Assembly: GCF_006345805.1 (NCBI RefSeq)
Contig: NC_043021.1
Coordinates: 6,510,001 to 6,574,000, forward strand
DNA: 64,000 bases
Direction of reading: 5' to 3'
Source of the DNA: Octopus sinensis
Taxonomy: Eukaryota
Below are positions 13,547 through 26,730 of this stretch, piece after piece (the first letter of the stretch is position 1; each line of letters starts with the position of its first letter). The translations under genes were made by a program, and so were the position numbers. The notes under the pieces were generated by a model. That model was given only the letters and a program-made list of their open reading frames with translations, ran no database searches and had not been told where the DNA came from.

Positions 13547-13757
13547 CAAATAAGCAACAAGGATATCCAGATGTATTGCAGTACGATCGTTTCATGCAAC
13601 TCCATTTAATTGAACAATACAATCATTACATCAATTTAACATGTAGAGCAATCTTCAGCTGCACAAAGACATAGAATTTGATTAAATTAGAACAGATGGG
13701 CACATTAGTATAATTATACCTAAAATCTCCAAGAAGTTAAGGAGATAGACAAAGATA
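13547..13757 (-). mobile_element. Solo PLE pLTR-like module between (TA)n tracts
   Basis: ~210 bp of non-repetitive sequence bounded by (TA)n on both sides and carrying a canonical hammerhead motif. Confidence 0.65.
13577..13663 (-). ncRNA. Type I hammerhead ribozyme motif (canonical core)
   Basis: TGCAG-CTGAAGA-TTGC...GCAT-GAAAC-GATC-GTA-CTGCA. 5-bp helix I, palindromic loop GATC, GUA triplet. Confidence 0.8.
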
Positions 13758-13802
13758 TTATATATATATATATATATATATATAGGTGTTGCGTGTGTAT
13801 AT

Positions 13803-13997
13803 ATTTCTTTACTACCCACAAGGGGATTAAGTTGATTACGTCGACCCCAGTGCGTAACTGGTACTTAATTTATCGACCCCGAAAGGATGAAAGGCAAAGT
13901 CGACCTCGGCAGAATTTGAACTCAGAACGTAACGGCAGACGAAATACGGCTACGCATTTCGCCCGGCGTGCTAACGTTTCTGCCAGCTCGCCGCCTT
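13803..13997 (-). mobile_element. tRNA-derived SINE family B
   Basis: Reverse complement begins AAGGCGGCGAGCTGGCAGAAACG (A box) and contains GAGTTCAAATTC (B box). Multiple copies in the window. Confidence 0.88.
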
Positions 13998-14375
13998 ATT
14001 ATGTATATATATATATGTGTATGTATATATGACCCTTCCTTGTTTTCTTTGTATCGTCTATCAGCATGTTTTCTGTTCTTGTCACATTTTGTATTTTCTA
14101 TATACAAGTTTGAAACGTTTTGTACACACACACACACATACACAAGGCTTTGGTCGGCCCGAGGCTATGGTAGAAGACACCTGCCCAGGATGCCACGCAG
14201 CAGTGGGATTGAATCCCGAACCATGTCGTTGGATAGCAAGCTTACATATGTGTGCGTGCGTGTGTGTGTGCGTGTGTGTGCGCGCGTGTTTGTGTATGAG
14301 TGTATACACATGCACACACATACACTCACTCCGAGAAAGATATATACATACATACATTCATACAAAAATTTTTTA

Positions 14376-14756
14376 GAAGCACTGTGTCGGTTACGACGAC
14401 GAGGGTTCCGGCTGATCCGAATCAACGGAACAGCCTGCTCGTGAAATTAACGTGTAAGTGGCTGAGCACTCCACAGACATGTGCACCCTTAACTAGTTCT
14501 CGGGGATATTCAGCGTGACACAGAGAGTGACAAGCCGGCCCTTTGAAATACAGGTACAACAGAAACAGGAAGTAAAGAGTGAGAGAAAGTTGTGGGTGAA
14601 AGAGTACAGCCGGGATCACCACCATCCCCTGCCGAGCCTCGTGGAGCTTTAGGTGTTTTCGCTCAATAACACTCCAACGCCAGGTCTGGGAATCGAAACC
14701 GCGATCCTATGACCGCGAGTCCGCTGCCCTAACCCACTGGGCCATTGCGCCTCCAC
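14376..14756 (-). mobile_element. tRNA-derived SINE family C (~385 bp)
   Basis: Head GGAGGCGCAATGGCCCAGTGG..GGTTTCGATTCCC. Four near-identical copies in the window. CATACAAAA occurs near both flanks. Confidence 0.9.
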
Positions 14757-14874
14757 ATACAAAATACCTGTTTGTTGATGTTGAAATTCCTATGAAGGAG
14801 CTTGAATCTAGGTTAGAAACCGGCTCTTTCTCATTGGCAAGAAATCTGAGATAAAACTGAACAATGACATACAT

Positions 14875-14916
14875 ACATATATACCACGCTTGCATGTATG
14901 TATGAATATGTATATA

Positions 14917-14972
<56 letters not shown>

Positions 14973-15031
14973 TAGATAGATAATATATAGATAGATAGAT
15001 ATATAGATAGATAGATAGATAGACAACAGAC

Positions 15032-15076
<45 letters not shown>

Positions 15077-15108
15077 TAGAGAGAGAGGGGAGAGAGAGAG
15101 AGAAATAA

Positions 15109-15171
<63 letters not shown>

Positions 15172-15185
15172 CCTACATGCATACA
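14875..15185. repeat. (TA)n/(GATA)n compound microsatellite
   Basis: Direct reading. Confidence 0.93.
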
Positions 15186-15589
15186 TACATCGGAAAAAGC
15201 CGATGATCGTGATTTAATATATCTAATGATAAGAATTTGGGTAAATTATACATTTAATATAAGCACGGAGATCCGTCTGTGTTCTCAGCAGCAGCAAGAT
15301 GACGTCAGTACACGCTGGAACACTTAATCTACTTGAAAAATAGCCTCAAGAAAAATGCCTTCTTTTATTAAAAGTACATTTTATCGCCTCTACTGCTTCG
15401 AGTCTGAGTGTGCGTTGTGCTGGTGATTTATCTGTTAGCGTTGAATGTGTTTTTGCTGCTTTTATGCAACATTGAGTGCTTATTACTTGTCTGCGCGAAT
15501 AACATGTTTGAATATAATTAAAATCTAATATTTGAATGGTATTCATTAACTGATGTACTATATAAAAAAAAAAAAAATCATGGACTATA

Positions 15590-15995
15590 GGCGCAGGAGT
15601 GGCTGTGTGGTAAGTAGCTTGCTAACCAACCACATGGTTCCGGGTTCAATCCACTGCGTGGCATCTTGGGCAGTGGTCTTCTGCTATAGCCCCGGCGACC
15701 CAATGCCTTGTGAGTGTATTTGGTAGACGGAAACTGAAAAAGCCTGTCGTATATATGTATATATATATATGTATGTGTGCGTGTTTGTGTGTCTGTGTTT
15801 GTCTCCCTAGCATTGCTTGACAACCGATGCTGGTGTGTTTACGTCCCCGTAACTTAGCGGTTCGGCAAAAGAGACCGATAGAATAAGTACTGGGCTTACA
15901 AAGAATAAGTCCAGGGGTCGATTTGCTCGACTAAAGGCGGTGCTCCAGCATGGCCGCAGTCAAATGACTGAAACAAGTAAAAGAATAAAAGAAAA
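15590..15995 (+). mobile_element. SINE family A, full length
   Basis: GGCGCAGGAGTGGCTGTGTGG (A box), GGTTCAATCC (B box), internal (TA)(TG), and the conserved tail. Confidence 0.92.
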
Positions 15996-16301
15996 GAAAG
16001 AAAAAGAATAGCGTAGTGGCTATCGTATGTGGGCTTCTGTCGTACGTACAGGAACGTCTGCTCAATCATTATCGACATACATTTGCCTATCATTACGACT
16101 AACGTTCGCCACTCTCTCAGTTTTTACCAGCCGACAACAATACTGATCAACATAGCATTTAATGTTAGTCACTGACGTGCTCACAATGATTTATGCCTCA
16201 GCAAATTACCATTTGATACAACATTAGTGTTTACGATCGCAACAAACGTAAGTGGGATACTGTCGTACGTACAAGGACGTCTGTTTCAGTTCTCCCTTGA
16301 T

Positions 16302-16692
16302 GATGGAAGCACTCCGTCGGTTACGACGACGAGGGTTCCGGTTGATCCGAATCAACGGAACAGCCTTCGGCTCGTGAAATAACGTGTAAGTGGCTGAGCA
16401 CTCCACAGACAACGTGTACCTTAACGTAGTTCTCGGGGATATTCAGCGTGACACAGAGAGTTGACAAGGCCGGCCCTTTGAAATACAAGGTACAAAGAAA
16501 CAGGAAGTAAGAGTGAGAGAAAGTTGTGGTGAAAGGAGTACAGCAGGGATCACCACCATCCCCTGCCGGGCCTCGTGGAGCTTTTAAGAAGTGTTTTCGC
16601 TCATACACTCACAACGCCCGGTCTGGGAATCGAAACCGCGATCCTATGACCGCGAGTCCGCTGCCCTAACCACTGGGCCATTGCGCCTCCAC
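16302..16692 (-). mobile_element. SINE family C flanked by 122-bp direct repeats
   Basis: Same sequence as the other C copies. Flanks 16180-16301 and 16692-16813 align with about 8 mismatches. Confidence 0.9.
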
Positions 16693-17040
16693 TCATAGTG
16701 ATTTATGCCTCAGCTAATTACCATATGATACAACATTAGTGTTTACGGTCGCAACTAACGTAATTGGGATACTGTCGTACGTACAAGGACGTCTGTCTCA
16801 GTTCTCCCTTGATATACTATTACTGACTTATATCTAACGTAAAACGCCTGTTATATATGCAGTGGCATCTACTGCAGCCATTTCCAACTGAAACTCTATA
16901 CCTCCGGCCTACCATAGTACGTAGGCCAGTCACGTTGTACGACAAGGTTTGATTTGTGATAATGTCGTTTTGGGAGGTTTAGCACAGCTTCTAAGAAAAT
17001 CAATCGCCGTCACCTTGTCTTTTATCTTTCATCGTTCATC

Positions 17041-17235
17041 TTTTACTTGCTTCAGTCATTAGACTGCGGCCATGCTGGCACACCACCTCGAAGAATATTT
17101 TACTCCAATAAATCGACCCCCGTGTACTTTATTTTTTTAAAGCCTGGTACTTATTCTATCAGTCTCTTTTGCTGACCTGCCAAGTTACAGGATGAAAACA
17201 CACCAACACCAGTTGCCAAACGGTGATCAGACACA
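17041..17235 (-). mobile_element. SINE family A, 3' half
   Basis: TTTTACTTG..CAGTCATT.GACTGCGGCCATGCTG tail in reverse orientation. Confidence 0.75.
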
Positions 17236-17239
17236 CACT

Positions 17240-17369
17240 CACACACACACACATACACATACACAACACACACTACAACATACATACATACATACATACA
17301 ACATACATACATACATACATACATGCATGCATGCATACATACATACATACACATACATACATACATGCA

Positions 17370-17400
<31 letters not shown>

Positions 17401-17575
17401 GCATACATACATACATACTACCACCTACATACATGCATACATACATACATCCATACATACATACATACATTGCATACATACATACATACATACATACACA
17501 TAATACATACATACATACATACATACATACATACATACATACATACATACATACATACATGCATGCATGCATACT
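17240..17575. repeat. (CATA)n microsatellite
   Basis: Direct reading. Confidence 0.95.
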
Positions 17576-17620
17576 TACATATCGCTAGCAGAGGCAGATC
17601 TTGGCTATCACTCCAATGCA

Positions 17621-17716
17621 CAGGCGCGCGCGGCTGACGAGAGCCAACCACCTCGAAACCGGCTGACTCCGCGATCCTGTCAGCTACTGGAGGGTAGTAG
17701 GGGTTCGCTCGCCCTG
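17621..17716 (+). ncRNA. GC-rich hammerhead-like motif
   Basis: CTGACGA (17634-40), GAG/CTC stem II, GAAAC (17655-59), ACC/GGT helix III with inserted hairpins, GUU triplet (17703-05), imperfect helix I. Confidence 0.5.
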
Positions 17717-17949
17717 CTAGCGATGTATTGTATATAATGGCGCAGAGCTTGCACCGAAAACCAGCTGACGGACATTCCGCCTGGGGTTAAACTAGTAGAA
17801 ACAGTTACCTGCCACTTAGATGTGGCTACTCGCTTTACTACCTACTTACCTACCTACCTACCTACCTACCTACATGCATACATACATACATACATACATA
17901 CATACATACATACATACATACACACACATATACATACATACATAGATAA

Positions 17950-18035
<86 letters not shown>

Positions 18036-18036
18036 C

Positions 18037-18076
<40 letters not shown>

Positions 18077-19099
18077 AATAAATAGTCGTTGGTCTGTCTC
18101 AGTAATAATTTTGTTGTTAGTCTCAAATCAACCCTGATACAGCAAACCTATGTTGCTATAAAAAACATCTCTCGTTATTAAAGAAGGGTTTTGTTAGGGG
18201 AGTGGACTTGAAAGTTGTTTGCAAACAGCAGCAGTAATTTTCCTCAGCTGAATACACGTCATTGATTGGTTAAAATTACCCAAATACGACAACTTTAACG
18301 CGAAATAACTTTTAAAATAGAAAATTTTGTCAAAACGTTTATGTGAGACATTCTACCAGTATCCGAAGTTTTAAAGTGTTTAGTTAAAGAAAATTAATTT
18401 AAAAATCTGTCCGTCAGATTGAAAAGATCCGGTGGTGGAAGTGGCGATGGTGATTAGATAATGAAAAGTTTATTTTTTCAAATTAACGAAGTTTTTTTTT
18501 TATATAACCTATCACCTAACGCATGCGCATAAGTGCAATTCCGTGAAATATTCACGCTTATTTACGTAGCAGATATATATAATTTAACTAAAGGTTGTAT
18601 CATATGTACGCGATATTTTTTGTTTATGGGAAGAACAGAAAAAGAAGAGGGAATATTTGTTTTATGAGTGCTGCGTATTAAGTTTACAAAATTGTGCTTA
18701 AAGTATATAAAGTGTACATATATAAAGCGCATTAAGTAATCTCGTATTCCAATTTCTTTCATTTTTCAGTGAGTAGCAGATGAGCGACTATCTTTCCATA
18801 CAGACATAACACAGGCGGCACTTTCAGAATCTTTAGATAAAGTTTTCAGAAATAACCCAATAGGTGTACCATAGTCATTATTATTTTTGTATGACGGTTG
18901 TGTGTGATACAGGGGGAGATGTGTGGTGGCGCTGCTTTTTCTAGCATCGTCACATATTGTCTCATCTTTTCTTCGATGATTTAAGCCAGTTACAATAACG
19001 GTCTTGGATGATGCTTCAGTTTTGTTTTTGCTCTCTTTCCACTTTTTTTTATTATCTCCAGCTGGCAGCCATTGTTACCAGTGGAAAATTACTGTTATT

Positions 19100-19561
<462 letters not shown>

Positions 19562-21500
19562 AGTTTATTAAAGTGTCTTTTTTCCGATGTTTTCCTTTTC
19601 TTTTTTTCTTTTCGCTTTCTTTTCTAAATTGCCGTGATTAAACCGTTTCGTTTTAAATTTATTTATCTATGAACGAGGCGACGAGCCATGTTCAAAATTT
19701 TGTATCGTCTGTTTGAAATTTTCATGGAATCAAGCTGTCGGCATGACCTTTTGAACTGAGCAAAATGAATACACACATATGTTCTTATGGCCAACAAAAA
19801 CATATCAAGCGTTGGTTGAAAAGTAAAGTTTAGAGGACTAATAAAAATTACTGGGTCGGAATTTATTAAAACATCTTTTGAAGTGGTTTTTGGTAATAAT
19901 GACAATGTTAAAGAAAGTTTATTTATTTATTTATGTCCTAGGGACGCTGCGTGGTTGAATCTAATGTGGTTCTTGTTTGCTATTGTTTAAGGTAAGACAT
20001 ACAACCACTGTTTGTGTTCATATCTGGCTTTTTAGGAGTAAAGAGAAGGGAGGAAAGGGAAGAAGTAAAGGACGAAGAAAAGACAACGAAGGAGGAGGCT
20101 CTAGAGAGATGGTAGCGGAGGGAAAGCGCTGAGATGGTGTACGTCTGTGCGCGTGAAAGAGGAGGAGGAAGGGGAAGGTTGCTGGTGAAGGAGTCATGGG
20201 CGGGGGTGGTAGTTACACAGAGAGATACATAGAGAGAAAGGGAGGGAGAGAAAGGGAGAAAGTGACAGACGGAGAGAGAATCAGATAAACTGTCAACAGA
20301 CAGGGAGTAGAAGGGTATTAGAAGATGAAGGAAGTGAAGACAAAGGCGCCACTCACGCTACCTCCCAAACCCTTTATCAATCCCACCAGGAAATGGTGAT
20401 GGCGGCGGGAATTGCGGCTTGGAGCAGGCTAATGCCGAAACTTTTTGTTGTTTGCCAGTTAAATCTGGTTTTCAAGTTTGATCGTGTTCCTCTTCAAAAA
20501 AAAAGCAGGTCTGTCTTTTCTACAAGCTCCATAGCAAAAGATATGTGTGTATCTCTATTGATTCCGCGCACACAAACTGTTTCCAGCTAATATGAATGAA
20601 GCAGTCACCGTTTATACAATGGCCGACACAGCTCAGATTCTAGCCTGACTCTCTTTCTCTCTCTTTCTTTCTCCCTCTCTGCCTAACTCGCTCACTCTCT
20701 CTCTCGTATCTTGTTCCTCCTTTCCCCTCCTCTATCACTCTCTTCCTTCCTCGTCCTCTCTCCCTTTCTCGCTCCTCTCTGCCCACCTATTCATCCCTCG
20801 CTCTCTCCGTCTCACTTTGCTGTACGTGATGCTTCGCTTATTTAGCAATCTAAACTTTGTTTTAGGCGGCAAAATCGATGTCCTGACTAATCGGATATTA
20901 TCCGCTTAGGTTTTGATAATGATGATTGTGATGACGATGAGGAAGAGCAAGACAGAGGGTGGCAGTTGGTGGCGGTTGGTTGGAAGTGGGGATATCACGT
21001 GATTCTCACGTCTTCCTGGATTCGAGCCTGTCGTGTCGTGTTTGCATGAAAATGAAACCTGTCACGCGAACTCCAACAAAACTATCGACTTAACCGAGTA
21101 ATAGGATAGCGTTTGCTTCTCCCATCACAAATGGGGGTAAACCCTTCTACTCTGTCTTTCTTACTCTTTCTCTTCTCCTCCCCTCTCTCTCTCTCTCTCT
21201 CTTTCTTTCGCTTTCTTTTATTGCCCTTTTTAGTCCCTTTTTTGTTTCTCTGTCTTTTTCCTACACTCGCCCCTCATTTTCCCCCCTAATGCACGCAGAA
21301 TAGCAGGAAGTAGGGACTTGGAAATAACAGGGGGTCCTATAATATATAAGTTAGTCAGTGAGATAACGAGGGTGTATCTACTCGGTTACTCAACCCCTTA
21401 GAAATAGCAGTCAATCTCCCTTCAAGTCGTACCATAGCAGAAAGACTTACAATATTTTTGACTTAGTAACACATCGGAGATCGTACATCGCTTTGTAACT

Positions 21501-22003
<503 letters not shown>

Positions 22004-22285
22004 TATAAGAATTTTTTTTTTAAAATTCGATTTAAAGTTAATAACTTAGTAAAACAGCAAATAGAAAAACTATTGCTTACCATGTTTATTAATTATTCCT
22101 GCAGGGACCTTGGGAATACCACATTTTATAAATTTTCTTGTTTCTATTTGTGATGCACAAATTCATACCAATATTTATGGCGCTGTTTTGTTACGTTAAA
22201 TATTTTATGTGAGTTTTCGATTTCATTCAATAGCAAAACTCGATGAAAATATAACACCCGAACACGCTTTGAGAGAAGCAGAATG

Positions 22286-22712
22286 ATAATCCTTTCTACT
22301 ATAGGCACAAGACCTGAAATTTTTTTTTTGGGGGGGGGGACTAGTCGATTGCATCAACCCCAGTACTAAACAGCTACTTAATTTATCGACCTCGAAAAAA
22401 ATGAAAGGAAAAGTCGACCTTGGCGAAATTTGAACTCAGAACGTAGCGGCTGACGAAATACCTATTTCTTTATTGCCCACAAGGGGCTAAACATAGAGGG
22501 GACAAACAAGTACAGACAAACGGATTAAGTCGATTACATCGACCCCAGTGCGTCACTGGTACTTAATTTATCGACCCCGAAAAGATGAAAGGTAAAGTCG
22601 ACCTCGGGGGAATTTGAACTCAGAACGCAGCGGCGGACGAAATGCCACAAAGCGTATCACCCGGCGTGCTAACGATTCTACAAGCTTGCCGCCTTGGAGA
22701 AGCAGAATAGGA

Positions 22713-22743
<31 letters not shown>

Positions 22744-22923
22744 TTTTTACTTCAGGCACAAAGCCTGAAATTTGTGGGGAGGGACTAAGTTGATTACATC
22801 GACACCAGTGGTTCACTGGCACATATTTAGTCGACCTCGGCGGAATTTGAACTCAGAACGGAACAGCAGACAAAATACTAAGCATTTCGCCTGGCGTCCT
22901 AACGATTCTGCCAGCTTGCCGCC

Positions 22924-22925
<2 letters not shown>
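22286..22925 (-). mobile_element. Cluster of three head-to-tail SINE family B copies
   Basis: Three GTCGACCT.GGC..AATTTGAACTCAGAAC cores. An AAATACC|TATTTC junction lies at 22462. Confidence 0.85.
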
Positions 22926-23013
<88 letters not shown>

Positions 23014-23116
23014 ATGATGATGAGGACGATGATTATGATGATGATGATGATGATGATGATTATGATGATGATGATGTGATGATGACGACAGCAACAAACA
23101 AAAACAACACAACAAC

Positions 23117-23148
<32 letters not shown>
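22926..23148. repeat. (AAT)n/(GAT)n compound repeat
   Basis: Direct reading. Bounded by SINE B sequence on both sides. Confidence 0.95.
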
Positions 23149-23150
<2 letters not shown>

Positions 23151-23733
23151 GTTTCAAATTTTGCCACAAGAGCAGCAGTTTTGGAGGAGGGAATAAGTCG
23201 ATTACATGAACCCCAGTGCTCAACTGGTACTTATTTCATTGAACTCAGAAGTATAAAGAGCAAAATTGACCCCAGGAGAATTTGAGCTGAGAATAGGCTG
23301 TGTTTTCTACGATAGCCGTCAATGTGTTGATAACTCAACTCATCGGACACTGAACGCTCATCGTCGAAATCGACGTAGATCCATTAAATTTTTTTTTTTT
23401 TTTTTTTTTTTTTGGTACGTCGTAGTTGTGTATCTGAGACATGACAGAAGTTGTCGCGTTATCTGAAGCGAGATTTCACATGCGAATAAACATGGTGTTA
23501 CATTATTGTTCGTTGTGAAAAGCAAAGCATACGACAATTCTATCGACACAATCTTTAGCACCATTTTTTCTTTTCTTTTCTGTTGCTAATTACTAAACTG
23601 TGAAAGAAAAAAAAATGCAAGTAAAACAGCAACAACAAAAAACAAACAAATAAACAAAAACAAACAAACAATTCGTTAAAAACTAGATCGATAAGGCACA
23701 ATATTTTTCAATCACAAGTTCGACACGGCCGGC

Positions 23734-23804
23734 TGCGTCACCATGACGTCATATAAATGATGTCGTTGGATTGGAGAGGAAGGGGAATTGGGGGGGGCGG
23801 GCGG
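23734..23804. promoter_or_regulatory. Promoter-like motif cluster (CRE, TATA, CCAAT, GC boxes)
   Basis: TGCGTCA 23734-40, palindromic ATGACGTCAT 23743-52, TATAAA 23752-57, ATTGG 23770-74, overlapping GGGCGG 23795-804. No transcript evidence. Confidence 0.35.
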
Positions 23805-24098
23805 ATGGAGAGTAAAACCGAGAGAGGTTATGATCCTCACACTAGCACTCTTCCGGTTTCCTTACTGCGACGACGACGACGACAACGATAACCCCACCAC
23901 CACCACCATCACCGCCGCCGCCGCCGTCGCCGCTGCCACCACTACCATCTCCACCACTTATTCTTTCACCCTCTATTTTGTTTACCTTTTTTTTTATTAC
24001 TTTGTTTTCTACCCGTCACATTCATTTAACGTTTTCTTATGTCATCGTCATCTCTAGAATTTACCACCATCATCTTCCCCACCACCTCTACCATCATT

Positions 24099-24134
<36 letters not shown>

Positions 24135-24199
24135 TCTCACTCACTTCTCCCCCTTTTGCCCTCATTCACACCTCTCCTCTTTTCCCCCATATTCTTTCC

Positions 24200-24230
<31 letters not shown>

Positions 24231-25649
24231 GTTCACTCCGCCTGCACAATGTCAATAGACTTTCAGAAATGTTACCGTTTCATATTAATGAAAATTAGTC
24301 TCGACTGGAATTTGAAACCTTGATTTTATTATTGAGTGCACTGCTGTGCCAAGGAGTTGGGTTTCAAGTGACACTTTACGCATCGACTTGCCTCTTTTAT
24401 ACACACAACGTGCGCTTCTAATTGACCCACAAAACATTTCACATCCTCGCAGACTTTAATTGTACGGTTCAGCCTTTCGGTTTGACCTACAAAGGATCCT
24501 GATCACTTTACGGGTTTTACCGACGAAACATGCAACAGTCTAGGTACCACCAGTAGTACGTGCCCTTCTACCTGACAGGCGTAATATCATATTCTGGGTG
24601 GCTTCAATCGTATGTACCCTTCTGTTTGATAGACGAAAGATGCCTGTTTATTTATTTATTGGTATCGATAAAGCTCCCGTCAAATATAGGGGTAGATTTT
24701 TACTCCCTCCATCTCCACCTTATCTGTCTGTTTGTCACTTTCTCTGTCTGTCTGTCTCTCTTTCTCACTCTCTCACTCCCTCAATCTCACGCTCTCTCTC
24801 TTTCTCCCTCTTCCTCTCTCTCTCTCTCTATTTCTCTCTCTCTCCTCTCTCTCTCTCAATCTCTTTCTGACTCACCACCAGTACGGTACCGTAGACCAGA
24901 TCTAATGGAGGCTCATTCTCTTATATCACTCCCCAATGAGCTCTCTCTTTCTCTCCCTCTTTTCTCGCTCTGTCTCTCTGTCTTTGTCTCTGTTTGTCTC
25001 TCTCTCACCTTCTCTCTCTCACCTTTTCTGGCTCTCACCTTCTCTCTCTCTCATTGCCTCTCTCTCTCTCTTTGCTTGCCTCTCTCTCTCTCATTGCCTC
25101 TCTCTCTCATTGCCTCTCTCTCTCTCTCTCTCTTTGCCTCACTCTCTCATTGCCTCTCTCTCTCGCTCTCTTTGCCTCTCTCTTTCTCTTTGCCTCTCTC
25201 TTTTGCCTCTCTGTTTGCTTCTCTCTCTCTCTCCTCCTCTCTCTCTCTCTGCCTCTTTCTCCTCAATGACCACCACTACGGTACCGCAGACCTGATCTAA
25301 TGGTGACTCACTCTCTTACATCACTCACCAATAAGCTCTAGTCTTAGAGAAATTCGTTGAAATCAATGTTTTTTTGCCCTGGATATCAACAAATACTTCG
25401 ATCGTATTTTGTGTACACATCTTCAATCAAAACTTGGCGGCTTGTGTTGACGAAGCCTTTTCTTTTTCACATTCAATCAAATCCATTGTTCCTCGGGGAC
25501 AATATAGCACCGCATCCAACAACGGATGTGGATAACACGATCTCCATTCTACGTTACCCTTCCCCAATCGAGAAGCATCCAAGCATCTATACATAACATA
25601 TATATATATATCACATATCAAACTTATATTTATTCAATGAACGTATTTA

Positions 25650-26250
25650 TTGAGAGTACACTGCAACGAGGCCTGCTAACCTTGTCGTTTCTTATAAAAA
25701 AAAAAAGAGCAAAAACTTCAACACAACTTATATCAAGCATGGATGGAAGCACTCCGTCGGTTACGACGACGAGGGTTCCGGTTGATCCGATCAACGGAAC
25801 AGCCTGCTCGTGAAATTAACGTGTAAGTGGCTGAGCACTCCACAGACACGTGTACCCTTAACGTAGTTCTCGGGGACATTCAGCGTGACACAGAGAGTGA
25901 CAAGGTCGGCCCTTTGAAATACAGGTACAACAGAAACAGGAAGTAAGAGTGAGAGAAAGTTGTGGTGAAAGAGTACAGCAGGGATCACCACCACCCCCTG
26001 CCGGAGCCTCGTGGAGCTTTAGGTGTTTTCGCTCAATAAACACTCACAACGCCCGGTCTGGGAATCGAAACCGCGATACTATGACCGCGAGTCCGCTACC
26101 CTAACCACTGGGCCATTGCGCCTCCCATATCAAGCATGAACATGAACGACACTCAACTAGAGCCCTTGCAGTCGCTTCAAAAGCTGGACCTCGCTATCAA
26201 TGAGAATTTCTCCTGGCGAAAGCACATCCTACACATGTCTTTGACGGCTA
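25650..26250 (+). mobile_element. Probable CR1/L2-like LINE RT fragment interrupted by SINE C
   Basis: Joining across the SINE gives ..TQLISSMNDTQLEPLQSLQKLDLAINENFSWRKHILHMSLTA, resembling the LGxxIxxxLSWxxHI thumb region. Confidence 0.45.
25742..26126 (-). mobile_element. SINE family C with 12-bp TSD
   Basis: ATATCAAGCATG at 25730-41 and 26127-38. Confidence 0.93.
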
Positions 26251-26251
26251 A

Positions 26252-26283
<32 letters not shown>

Positions 26284-26730
26284 CATCTAATATTAATGAT
26301 ATTATTCGGAATTACAACAATTGGTGGCTTGGAGTTTTTACTGCTCTTTCTAGCGAGTCAGATATCCTATTCTTCGGGCGTCTCTTTTGTGTTTGAACGT
26401 ACACTGTATTCTTCTTTGAATAATATATTAGTCTATTGACTAATTTTTTCTTTCTCGCTAGACCACTGGTAACTACATATATATATATATATATATATAT
26501 AAACCAGCTTAGAGAAGAAGAAGAAACGAAACGAAACCAAATGAATCGAATCGAATCGACGCGAAGGCGCTCAGTCATACAATAGTGTAATAAATAAAAT
26601 ATATGCATACATACAAACATATATGTACGTACCTACATCTACATGTATATATACATGCATATATAAATATATATACGTGTGTACAGGACACCACAAATAG
26701 ACGTAGAACTCAACGAGAAACGAAAACATA

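Noticed and set aside
18230-18590. Possible MITE or DNA transposon remnant
   Set aside because: Only one candidate end is visible, with no matching TIR or TSD.
18768-19070. ~100-codon stop-free minus frame (..KKKWKESKNKTEASSKTVIVTG..)
   Set aside because: No start codon or good acceptor and no known domain. A frame of this length can occur by chance in 64 kb.
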